A DNA stretch of 63,308 bases, the filler included, from Trichomonas gallinae (Eukaryota): assembly GCA_008369845.1 (NCBI GenBank). It is 7 parts of 7 records of this genome, joined end to end, with 100 filler letters (N's around TTAATTAATTAA, not from the genome) between each part and the next. Parts side by side here need not be neighbours in the genome. Positions count along the whole stretch, not along the records: positions 27,440 to 41,077 come from MRSU01001313.1; positions 41,178 to 55,041 come from MRSU01001317.1; 5 more parts are not named here. One strand, written 5' to 3'. A program made the translations under genes and the position numbers. Below, piece by piece: positions 32,875 through 42,002 of this stretch; position 1 is the stretch's first letter, and every line of letters starts with the position of its first letter. The notes under the pieces were generated by a model. The model was not told where the DNA came from. It saw nothing but the letters and a program-made list of their open reading frames with translations, and made no database searches.

Positions 32875-34083
32875 ATGTATTCCATTGTCGAAGCATTATG
32901 TTTGCAAAAATATTCGCAGAGAGATGGAGCTATTCTCATAAAGTGTCTTCCAGAAAAATTCGAGTTTTGCAAGCAGAAAAAACTATACCTTTCTTGTTCA
33001 TTTCCTGAAACAAATCAAAATAATACTGTTTATTCGTTTTGTTTCGGCACTTGCTTGGCCTTTTGCTGGACATTTTCAATAGCAAATGAAATTTTCTCCA
33101 TTTCAATCATCACAAAGAACGTTTTACCTGCATTATTTTTCGATTTTTTAAATGGGGCTTCTAAAGCATTAAAAAACAAATCAGCAGAAGAAAGATTCGA
33201 TGAAATCAATAAAATATTATCCAAATGGCAAGTAGATCCAAATGCAAAAAATATTAAAATCGATTTTTTTAGCGGACCACGCGAATTTTCATTAGAAGTT
33301 CACTGCACGCCTTACGATCCAACTCTTTATACAAACAATGAGCTCATTCTCGAAGATCTTTGGAATTCATTGGTTACAGGCAAAGGAGTTTTAATTATTG
33401 GCAATACACCAGAACAAGCTTCACAAGCTGCTTATGCTGTTCTCACACTCATTGCACCATATAGATATTCTGACGATGTTTTATTCTACACAGGACTTGG
33501 AGATCCACGATTCCTTGAAATAATTAATGGAGCTACAAGATATAAAGTTGTAGCAACGACAAACGCACTTGCAGCTGACAGATGCAAACAATTCAAAACA
33601 ATTTTCAAATTACCGCCAAAACCAATAACACCATCACCGGAGCTGCGTCAGCTCCTTCAAAAGAAGATAAGCAAACTCTTCCTTAGGACAGAATATCAAT
33701 TCAACAAAAGACTTGAAATTGATCCATATTCTGACTTTTTAGAGTATCCATTGACGGATTCTCAAATAGGCGACATTGTTAATCACATGAAGTTTTCTTT
33801 GTCGGACTACAAATTATTCATGAATATGGCGTTTTTCCAGGATTGGAAAAGATCAATCATTTTCAGGACACAATTTAGAGAAGCATTTCTTTCATTCAGC
33901 CCGAAGCAAGTCGTTTCCAATAAGAAAAACTCAGAACTAAGAAGGATGGAAAAAATTTTAAATCTTTTGTCGAATAAGTATAAAAACGATGATCACATGT
34001 GTGCAGTCATCGCAGAGCACATGAAGCTTGTTCAATCAAGAATTTCTGCAAGAGCATCAATGGAAAATCTTAATTCAATATGA
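32875..34083 (+). CDS. DENN-domain protein (DENND6/FAM116-like)
   Basis: SCSFPE, LWNSLVTGKGVLIIGNTPEQASQAAYAVLTLIAPYRY and VVATTN resemble uDENN/cDENN segments. Confidence 0.65.
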   Translation: MYSIVEALCLQKYSQRDGAILIKCLPEKFEFCKQKKLYLSCSFPETNQNNTVYSFCFGTCLAFCWTFSIANEIFSISIITKNVLPALFFDFLNGASKALKNKSAEERFDEINKILSKWQVDPNAKNIKIDFFSGPREFSLEVHCTPYDPTLYTNNELILEDLWNSLVTGKGVLIIGNTPEQASQAAYAVLTLIAPYRYSDDVLFYTGLGDPRFLEIINGATRYKVVATTNALAADRCKQFKTIFKLPPKPITPSPELRQLLQKKISKLFLRTEYQFNKRLEIDPYSDFLEYPLTDSQIGDIVNHMKFSLSDYKLFMNMAFFQDWKRSIIFRTQFREAFLSFSPKQVVSNKKNSELRRMEKILNLLSNKYKNDDHMCAVIAEHMKLVQSRISARASMENLNSI

Positions 34084-34303
34084 GAAAATTTTTCACATCT
34101 ATTATATTAGCTTTTCAATAGTAAAAATTTATCTTTCCCTGTTTGATTTACATAAATTAAGTTATTTTGGAAATATTTATAAATATCTTCAACTTATCAT
34201 CAAGAGTTTTGGTTTGTAATTCATCAGATCATTTGATAGATGATACATATTTGATTTAACATATAATCAACTCTATATGATTCTTCAACATAATAAGAGC
34301 TTA

Positions 34304-34487
34304 TTTTTTTGTCAAATAAATTTTTACAAGTCAGTAACTGCTTTACGTGACATTTTTTCATATTACACGTCAGTTATAACTTTACATATCAAATTGTGTT
34401 TACATGTCAAATAGAATTTTACATGTCAATTAAAATTTTACGCACCATTTTCCATTTTACATGTCAATTTCTATTTTACATGTCATA
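34304..34487 (+). repeat. Phased array of ten TTTAYNTGWCA cores at ~19-bp period upstream of Vps26
   Basis: Core positions 34306, 34325, 34344, 34364, 34383, 34401, 34420, 34439, 34458, 34477; spacers are unrelated to each other. Confidence 0.88.
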
Positions 34488-34526
34488 TTTTTTGTAAAAT
34501 TAATGACACTTTTAGATATATATATA

Positions 34527-35405
34527 ATGAGTGCAATCTCAAATGAAGTATCGAAATTGATGCGAATTGATATTAAAGAAATACCAGAAAGAATGAAATA
34601 TCAAGAGTTAGTGAGAAGAAAAGATCCGATTTTCTTTAATGGAGATTCAATAAAAGGATCAATTTTTGTTTCTACAATAGACGATCTTACAAGCATTAAA
34701 CATCGAAGTATTTCAATAAGAATATTCGGATCAACAATGGGACATCAGCAAATAATCAGTCAACATGATATTGTGACGAAAAAAATCGCTAAAGATGGTG
34801 TTTTGGATTTACCAACACGAATTGATTTTGATTTCAAGGATGTGCGTTTCCCAAGCCCATCGTTTCTCGGATATAAATTCAAATATAAGTATTTTATCGA
34901 AGTTAATATTTCTACTGGAGTTTGGAACACTGATTATACTTCATTCAGACATATTATAGTTCTTGAACCAGAAACAGCACCGATTTCGAAGTCTCCTTCA
35001 ACAATTAGAATTGATTCACCTTTTATCAACTTCGATTTTTATTTTGACAAAGGTGTCTACGCAACAAATGATGTAATAAATGGTCAGATAGCTTTTGGCT
35101 TAACAAAAGGCTGCCCACTCAAAGAAATTTTCGTAAATTTGATAGTTAACGAAAAATTCAAAGATAACAACGAAGAAACACAGCTTCTTCACTACCAAAT
35201 CATGGACGGTTGTCCAAAATCAGGAACAACTTTTCCAGTAATAATTCATCTTTCTCCTTATAAAATTTACACACTTAGAGAAGGAAACAAGACATCAGCC
35301 ATTACATCAGAGTTTTTCGTTGAAATTCAAGCAATAGCAACAAATGGAAATATTTCAATATCGAAACAGCAATTTCCTTTGTATTTCCCAGCAATTTCAG
35401 TTTAA
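34527..35405 (+). CDS. Vps26-like retromer subunit (arrestin fold)
   Basis: IFFNGDSIKG, IKHRSI, FDFKDV, DVINGQIAF and YQIMDGCPKSGTTFP match Vps26 motifs. Start moved to 34527 because the upstream ORF extension is the repeat array. Confidence 0.8.
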   Translation: MSAISNEVSKLMRIDIKEIPERMKYQELVRRKDPIFFNGDSIKGSIFVSTIDDLTSIKHRSISIRIFGSTMGHQQIISQHDIVTKKIAKDGVLDLPTRIDFDFKDVRFPSPSFLGYKFKYKYFIEVNISTGVWNTDYTSFRHIIVLEPETAPISKSPSTIRIDSPFINFDFYFDKGVYATNDVINGQIAFGLTKGCPLKEIFVNLIVNEKFKDNNEETQLLHYQIMDGCPKSGTTFPVIIHLSPYKIYTLREGNKTSAITSEFFVEIQAIATNGNISISKQQFPLYFPAISV

Positions 35406-35488
35406 GCACATATCATGCAAATCATTACATTCAATCAGTTAATCATTCTCACTTTATTTACTTCATTTTTTTCCTGATTTCAATGTTC

Positions 35489-35559
35489 GTGGTGATATCT
35501 TGATTAAGCTAATCCTCATCGTTATGAATTGATATGCTGCAATTCCAAGATATCACCAC
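35489..35559. other. Hairpin / inverted repeat with perfect 14-bp arms
   Basis: GTGGTGATATCTTG (35489-35502) and CAAGATATCACCAC (35546-35559). Confidence 0.75.
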
Positions 35560-35974
35560 AAAGAATTTTTCATTCTAATTTCTTACAAATTTTGGATTTA
35601 ACAGCTTTACTCACTTTATATACCCTATATTTAACCATGTATTTAATAAATTATTTGTTTTAAATAGAATATTTAAATTCAAAATTACATTAATTAGTCT
35701 ATTTATCGTTTGCATAAGAGATTTTTGGGTTCTAATTCTGTATATTATAAATAAGAAGTATCATAAAAGAAAATATGCTATTTTAAATCAAATTTGCAAA
35801 TTTGCATTTTGTTATCCATTGGAGATTTTATTACACTTCCTTATTATTAATGCTTAATGACATTTCAAATATGAACAATAATACTTTGATATTTAAGTTC
35901 ACAAATCAAAAAATTATTCAGAATTAGATCAGTATATGAAAAAATTATACAATTCATAAATATCAAACAAGTTT

Positions 35975-37348
35975 TTAGTCTTCGTTATCCGATGTCACAG
36001 TTGAGTTGTTCTTTGATGAATATTCTTCTTTAATTGCTTTCGTGCTCTGTGACTTTGTCTTCTTCTTACTATTCGATTTATCTTTTGCTTCCAATTCTAA
36101 GTAAAGTGCGAGCGCACTGTTCCAGTCGCGGTTTCTCTTCACGACTTCTTGGAATTTTCTCTGGCCCAAGGCTACATATTGTTCGACGAATCTTCTGCAC
36201 CTGTTAGCCTCATCACACGCTGTTCTCTGCTGTACAACTTTGTCATTCAAATATCTCATGACAGGGTAGTTCATGTCCACAAATGTTTGTCCACTCGAAA
36301 CAATTCCCAAACTGTCTAATTCGAGTTTGAGGCGCTTTTCGAAGTCAAGCTGGCCGTAAGCACTGTTTCCAGCACGACAAGCAACAGGCAGAGCGTTCAT
36401 TCCGGCATTTCCAAGATTAGTGAAATCGTTTTGCAATTTCTTGTCCTTGGATATATCATTTTGCTCGATTTTTTCGCCTTCTTCCAAAAATTCTGTATCA
36501 CTTGTGCATGAATTTGTATCTGGCGTCGTGTCATTCAAATCAAGGATGGCGGAAATTAACCTCTTGTGGAGATGTGTGCTTCCTGAGTTGTTTGGATCAG
36601 CAAATGGAGGACTTGGCATTTTAATTTGCGATTTTAACGGATCATTTTGAATCGAAGACATTTTTGAATATGTGATAGAATAATGTGTGCCTAATGGCTC
36701 CTGGAGCTTATTAATGTCATATGTTGGTCTAGATAATTGCAAATATCTATCAAAATAATTTGGTGTTTTGATAGGCTTGAAAAACCTATCGGTGGTATCC
36801 CATATAGTGTCTGATGTCAGTGGTTTGGGTTTGTCTGGATCATTCTTTTCCTTATGATGTGAATGATGTTTATTTTTGAGTTTCTTCGTCTTTTCCTTTT
36901 CAGGAGGTTCAACTGGCTCAGGAGGTTTGACTTCTTGCACAACTTCCGGCTTTGCTTCAGTTTTTGGAAATCGAATCCGTTTAACTTCTCTTTCAACAGA
37001 GTTTCCAGACTGAAAATTCCTCACCATTTGACTGACATCCTGGTATAGGTTAATCTGTGCCATGCTTTGCTTATCAATGAACGCTTTTAAGTGAATTAAT
37101 TCTGTCCTAAGACTCAAAAGTTGCTGTAATGAGAACATTTCTGGATTGGAAACATCAGGTAAATCTAGATCAGGCATATTTCGAGGCTTTCCAAAGCCAG
37201 ACGAAACGTAAATAAACGGAAGATTTAAATACATCAGCAGGAGCTGGTTTTTATCGATTTTAATCTGATTGGAAACATGCCTAGAGGGCAGTGAATGATC
37301 CGATTCATGAATTGGTTCTACTTTTGATTGAAATTCGTCATCATTCAT
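35975..37348 (-). CDS. ADA3/NGG1-like SAGA histone acetyltransferase subunit
   Basis: TIWDTTDRFFKPI, PLGTHYS, LHKRLISAIL and LDFEKRLKLELDSLGI follow the order of conserved Ada3 blocks. Confidence 0.65.
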   Translation of the reverse strand: MNDDEFQSKVEPIHESDHSLPSRHVSNQIKIDKNQLLLMYLNLPFIYVSSGFGKPRNMPDLDLPDVSNPEMFSLQQLLSLRTELIHLKAFIDKQSMAQINLYQDVSQMVRNFQSGNSVEREVKRIRFPKTEAKPEVVQEVKPPEPVEPPEKEKTKKLKNKHHSHHKEKNDPDKPKPLTSDTIWDTTDRFFKPIKTPNYFDRYLQLSRPTYDINKLQEPLGTHYSITYSKMSSIQNDPLKSQIKMPSPPFADPNNSGSTHLHKRLISAILDLNDTTPDTNSCTSDTEFLEEGEKIEQNDISKDKKLQNDFTNLGNAGMNALPVACRAGNSAYGQLDFEKRLKLELDSLGIVSSGQTFVDMNYPVMRYLNDKVVQQRTACDEANRCRRFVEQYVALGQRKFQEVVKRNRDWNSALALYLELEAKDKSNSKKKTKSQSTKAIKEEYSSKNNSTVTSDNED

Positions 37349-37603
37349 TCCTTATTATTTAACAGGGGGAATCTAAGGAGTCAGACCCTATTTTTTTGTT
37401 AAACATCAATTATATTCATTATATTGTCAAAGAAAGCTAAATCTCAAATATTGTTCGCTTAAAATCAATCAATATATTATCATCAGCAAAAAGCTAAACT
37501 TTTTTATATTTTACATCATATATGGATCTTAATTTAACCACCTTATTATATGTTATAATCATAAATAAAAAATTTTGAAATTCAAGAAATACGAATATTT
37601 TTT

Positions 37604-40600
37604 TTATTCTGTTGCACCTAATATATTATTTGATGTTGTATTATGACCCTTTGTACAGAAGAAACTAATTAAAGTAGAAACTATAATAGCAATCAAAATA
37701 ACTAAAGAGATAGCAATTAAAACAATCCATCCGCCTTTTCTCTCTGGGCCTATTCTTGGCTTTGGAATTTCTTGCGGTATATAAGGCAACATTGTCAAAC
37801 AAACATCTGGATCTGATTCGATTCCAATCTTAGAATATGCCGATGTCGTGTTCGGCTGTGTTTCATTGACAATATAGAGAGTACCATATGAACCCATTGT
37901 TCCGATATAGTCGCTCTTTTCTATGCACAAAATGGGAATCCCGAACTTGAAAATTTCCTTATTCACCATTAGTTCATCCACATCTAAAGAATGCTTCGGA
38001 TACATTCCCATGAATGGGTCGAAAATTCTGGAATATCTGCTGGTGAATTCCTTGATTCTCATCATTGGCATCTTGCTGAGGCTCCAGTCGAAGAATAGCA
38101 TGAATTCATCATTTGGATTTCCGAATCTTTCAACAGTCAAATAAGTGTCAATCGCTAAAGACATTTCCCTTTCAACAACTACGTACCCCAAGTCAGCGAC
38201 ACCGTTAAATTTAGGTGCCACCATAATCATGTCTGACTTGACGTCAACATTGAATTGTTTCCTGCAATTATATGATTCATTTGCAAAAATAACAATAACA
38301 CTCGGATCAGTATCGAGATTTACATTTTCAGCGCACAGTTGTCTTGCTGTTTTGAGCGTATCTCCGTAGAAGTGTGGATGCAAATTAATCGTTACTCCTT
38401 TATTTGCTTTTAGTTCTATTGGGAAGAATGCTTTGAAGTAAACATCAATTACTTGATCCTCTCTTGAAGCTAACATTCTGAGTGTTAAGTTTCCATAGTT
38501 GTTTGTCGTAAAGTTAATTTTGTCTAATGGGAAAATGGTAATATCCATAATCGGGGAAAATCCACCTGAGCCTTGAACTAAGCCTACTTTAGAACATCTA
38601 ATGAATAACGCGCATTTCGGTGCAATATATGGTTGTAGTGTTGTTCCGCTAAAATAAATCCTATATGTTTGGACTGTAATTCTATTGAATGTCATATTCA
38701 GGCGACATATAGGTTCCCATGATTTATCGTCTATCTCGAAAAATCTAATATATTTTACAGCGTTTTTGAAGTTATCTGTAAAATTGACATTTTCGACCAA
38801 AAGAAAATCAAGCTTGGTGATCTTCGGGTCAATATCAAACGTGACATTTGCTAAGTTTAGATATGATAAATACTTGGATACAAATTTCACACTTGAATCT
38901 GAACGAAGGCCTGTATAATATAGCCTATTAACTTTATTTATATTATTGTCGATTAATATTGGTGCTGACGTGTCAATGAAGAAATTGAGATTGAGTTTAG
39001 ATGCATCAGCAATTTCAACATCATCTAAAAACGCCTGCAATGATGTTAATTTCGTCTTGTAGACTTTTTCTTCTGAGTTGCAATTAGAGTTTCCATCATC
39101 TGATATGCATATAAATGATGTTCTTGTTCTGTCGTAATCAGCGGCATCAATCGCGAGCATTGAATTATTGTTTTCATCTTCCAGCCATACAACACTGACT
39201 GGGAAGACAGTGTCGAAGATCTTCTTGTGCGGATATACTGAACGGTTGTTATCAGGGAATTTTATAATTACTGTGTTCTCAGTTAAACCCGGATTTTCGC
39301 CAATTAGTGTGAATGGAGATCCAAAATATCCCGAATGATTTTTAATTGTGATACAAGGGATAAAATCACGGAATTTAGTGATATTCAGCTTGCTTCCATA
39401 ATCGAGATTGCCTATTTCAATGTTTTTGATTGGAGCATTGATCTTTTGTAATTCGAATGATGAATCTCCGATAAATGAAACAGTGTCATATACTTTATCT
39501 GATATAATAGTACCAAGAGTGATAGTATCTGATGTAATTTCTATTGGTTCCGTATAATTAACAATTTCGAAAACTTCAAATGCGATTTTTCGGTTAGTGA
39601 ACTTGATACCTGAAATCTCATCAGAGCGGCCATAAGGAATCTTGAATGTAGCATCTGCAATCACAGAAGCGTCGACACTTTTACCTTTGAAGTAAACATC
39701 GAAGTGATCGGGCAAAACTGTGAGATTGGAGTTAACTAACTGGAATCCCATCTTTTCGTAGCCATGCCAGTATCCTTTAAGGATTGTTAGGTTTGAATTT
39801 GTTGCTTGTACATAGATATCTGTAAAAGCGGCAAATCTATTTGAGAAATAGCAACCAAAGGAAACATTTGAATTGGCTATTTCGAATGAATATGAAATAT
39901 TGTTGTTCGTTTTCAATCTAAATTGAGTTTTTCTAATTCCATCTCTAATTGAACGAGGGATGATTATAAATTGGTCTCCATACTGATATATCTGGCAACC
40001 ATTTGGAAAATCTTTGAAAACAACTTTATCAATAAAAATTGCACCATCATAGTAGTAATTTGATAAGAATGGTTCCGTTTGATTGAGACTATAGTATAAA
40101 TTATCGAATTTAAATGTACAATTTGCAATCGAAAGCATGTCTGTATAGAGATCATATCCGTAAAAGACAGTAGCCTTTTGGAATCCTGAAAGAGTGATGT
40201 TTTCAAGACGTAAAACTTTGATGTAAAACTCTGTTGTATCTTGTTTAATTGCTTTCACGTGCTTAAGATTGATTTCATCATACGTAGCGATATTTTCTGA
40301 ATTTAATATGAAAGGTGATCTATGAATGTCGTTAATACCAATAATTTGTATCACTTCTGGGTTTTTAATGTTCATAAGATCAATAGTTATCGGATTATTA
40401 TCTTCATTTCTGTAATCTATATAGAGTTTAAAGATTGTAACACCGGTAAAGTTGTCTGGATGCTTTTTTGTCATATAAGACTTGAATTTTTTAGCGAAAT
40501 TAGGTGTATTTCCATCAAAAAATTCTTTTGAATCTTCTGGACATTTCTCTTTTCCCGTTGTAAAGATACAAAACGAATAATTACCAGTTATTCCAACAGT

Positions 40601-40645
40601 GTTTGAATCTTTAGAAGCGTTGGCTAATGCGAGAAAAGCCAACAT
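37604..40645 (-). CDS. Large type I membrane surface protein
   Basis: 1013 aa; signal-like MLAFLALANAS; FC..C motifs; TM WIVLIAISLVILIAIIVSTLISFFC; short tail. Confidence 0.8.
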   Translation of the reverse strand: MLAFLALANASKDSNTVGITGNYSFCIFTTGKEKCPEDSKEFFDGNTPNFAKKFKSYMTKKHPDNFTGVTIFKLYIDYRNEDNNPITIDLMNIKNPEVIQIIGINDIHRSPFILNSENIATYDEINLKHVKAIKQDTTEFYIKVLRLENITLSGFQKATVFYGYDLYTDMLSIANCTFKFDNLYYSLNQTEPFLSNYYYDGAIFIDKVVFKDFPNGCQIYQYGDQFIIIPRSIRDGIRKTQFRLKTNNNISYSFEIANSNVSFGCYFSNRFAAFTDIYVQATNSNLTILKGYWHGYEKMGFQLVNSNLTVLPDHFDVYFKGKSVDASVIADATFKIPYGRSDEISGIKFTNRKIAFEVFEIVNYTEPIEITSDTITLGTIISDKVYDTVSFIGDSSFELQKINAPIKNIEIGNLDYGSKLNITKFRDFIPCITIKNHSGYFGSPFTLIGENPGLTENTVIIKFPDNNRSVYPHKKIFDTVFPVSVVWLEDENNNSMLAIDAADYDRTRTSFICISDDGNSNCNSEEKVYKTKLTSLQAFLDDVEIADASKLNLNFFIDTSAPILIDNNINKVNRLYYTGLRSDSSVKFVSKYLSYLNLANVTFDIDPKITKLDFLLVENVNFTDNFKNAVKYIRFFEIDDKSWEPICRLNMTFNRITVQTYRIYFSGTTLQPYIAPKCALFIRCSKVGLVQGSGGFSPIMDITIFPLDKINFTTNNYGNLTLRMLASREDQVIDVYFKAFFPIELKANKGVTINLHPHFYGDTLKTARQLCAENVNLDTDPSVIVIFANESYNCRKQFNVDVKSDMIMVAPKFNGVADLGYVVVEREMSLAIDTYLTVERFGNPNDEFMLFFDWSLSKMPMMRIKEFTSRYSRIFDPFMGMYPKHSLDVDELMVNKEIFKFGIPILCIEKSDYIGTMGSYGTLYIVNETQPNTTSAYSKIGIESDPDVCLTMLPYIPQEIPKPRIGPERKGGWIVLIAISLVILIAIIVSTLISFFCTKGHNTTSNNILGATE

Positions 40646-41077
40646 GAAAGAAAAGAATAAATGCTTTTTTAGGTAGATATCGCTATTCTCAAAAAATCAT
40701 TTTTAGTATTTAACTATAATCTTATCTCTACTCAATGAATCAAAAAGCAAAAATGCGAAAAGAGCCAATCAATTTTTTTGAACAAAACAAAATCACATTT
40801 TAACAGCAAAATTAACATCTATGATATAGACAATAACCAAATTCGCAATAGATTTAGATAGCATCATTTTTCCGGAATTGACACATCAGATTTCATATCC
40901 ACATTCAATACATTACATGTCAAATTTATTCTTTACACAACAAAATATTTTTTTCATTAAAGAAAGAAACAATCATTATACGGAACATTGTATTATTTCA
41001 ATTAAGGATGTCGAAAAGTGGGGTGGGGTACCCCATGTTTTTAAAATGATGGGGTATGGGGTATTGTCACTTTTTCG

Positions 41078-41177
41078 NNNNNNNNNNNNNNNNNNNNNNN
41101 NNNNNNNNNNNNNNNNNNNNNTTAATTAATTAANNNNNNNNNNNNNNNNNNNNNNNNNNNNNNNNNNNNNNNNNNNN
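41078..41177. other. Artificial contig linker
   Basis: N run with central TTAATTAATTAA. Confidence 0.98.
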
Positions 41178-41606
41178 GCTATGACATACAAGAACATCTA
41201 TGTCGCTGCTACATGCCTTCTCGCTGACCCAGCTCAGTGCCTTAAGGCCGTCCAGGAAGCTAAGGAGTACAACGGTCCAGCTCTTATCATCAACTACTCT
41301 CCATGCATCAACCACGGTATCAAGAAGGGCCTCGGCTCCACACCAGCTCACTGCAAGGAACTCCTCAAGTCCGGCTACCTCAACCTTTACCGCTACAACC
41401 CATCCAAGGCCAAACCACTCACAGTCGACTCCAAGCAGCCAGACTACAACCTTGACCCACTCGTCAAGGGTGAGAACAGATTCGCCGCCCTTCGTGATAT
41501 CTATCCAAAGGAGGCAGAGACCAAGTTCCCACAGCTTGTTAACGATATGAAGTCTCGTTATGAGGGCTACAAGAAGATGCAGGAAGTCCAGAACGCATCC
41601 AAGTAA
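41178..41606 (+). CDS. PFO: Pyruvate:ferredoxin oxidoreductase, C-terminal fragment
   Basis: AMTYKNIYVA...AVQEAKEYNGPALIINYSPCINHGIKKG...LYRYNP...ENRF, the PFOR TPP-domain C-terminus; strong codon bias. Confidence 0.93.
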   Translation, partial: AMTYKNIYVAATCLLADPAQCLKAVQEAKEYNGPALIINYSPCINHGIKKGLGSTPAHCKELLKSGYLNLYRYNPSKAKPLTVDSKQPDYNLDPLVKGENRFAALRDIYPKEAETKFPQLVNDMKSRYEGYKKMQEVQNASK

Positions 41607-42002
41607 GCAATAATATTTTTATATAAACTCGATATCTTTACGTTTTTAATTATCTATTTTTTTATTCTCAATTCATCATAGTATCTTTACGTTTTAATAA
41701 TGAATGGTAATGAAACTTCGAAACTAGCTACTCTATAGGATTGGTATTGAACCATATGGAGGATATATGCAAAGTGCCTTGGTCCTATTTTGAAAGTTTC
41801 ATTAATGTAAGTTTTGATTTCATTTTCACCACTTTCAAAGCAAAATAAACATGCTACCTGAAAGAACAAGGTTCATTATTGGATTTGGGACTGTAAATCA
41901 TATGATAGATATACAAATCAAAGCTTGATATTCGTGTCAAAAATCGACTTTACATGTCAGAAACAAATTTAAACGTATAGAAACTAAAGATTTCATATTT
42001 CG

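Noticed and set aside
34304..34487. CRISPR-like appearance (constant core with variable spacers)
   Set aside because: Core ~11 bp and spacers ~8 bp are far too short, the cores are degenerate, there are no cas genes, and the host is a eukaryote.
34461..34526. N-terminal extension of Vps26 in the ORF track
   Set aside because: The ATG comes from the ACATGT of the repeat array; homology-like sequence starts at 34527.
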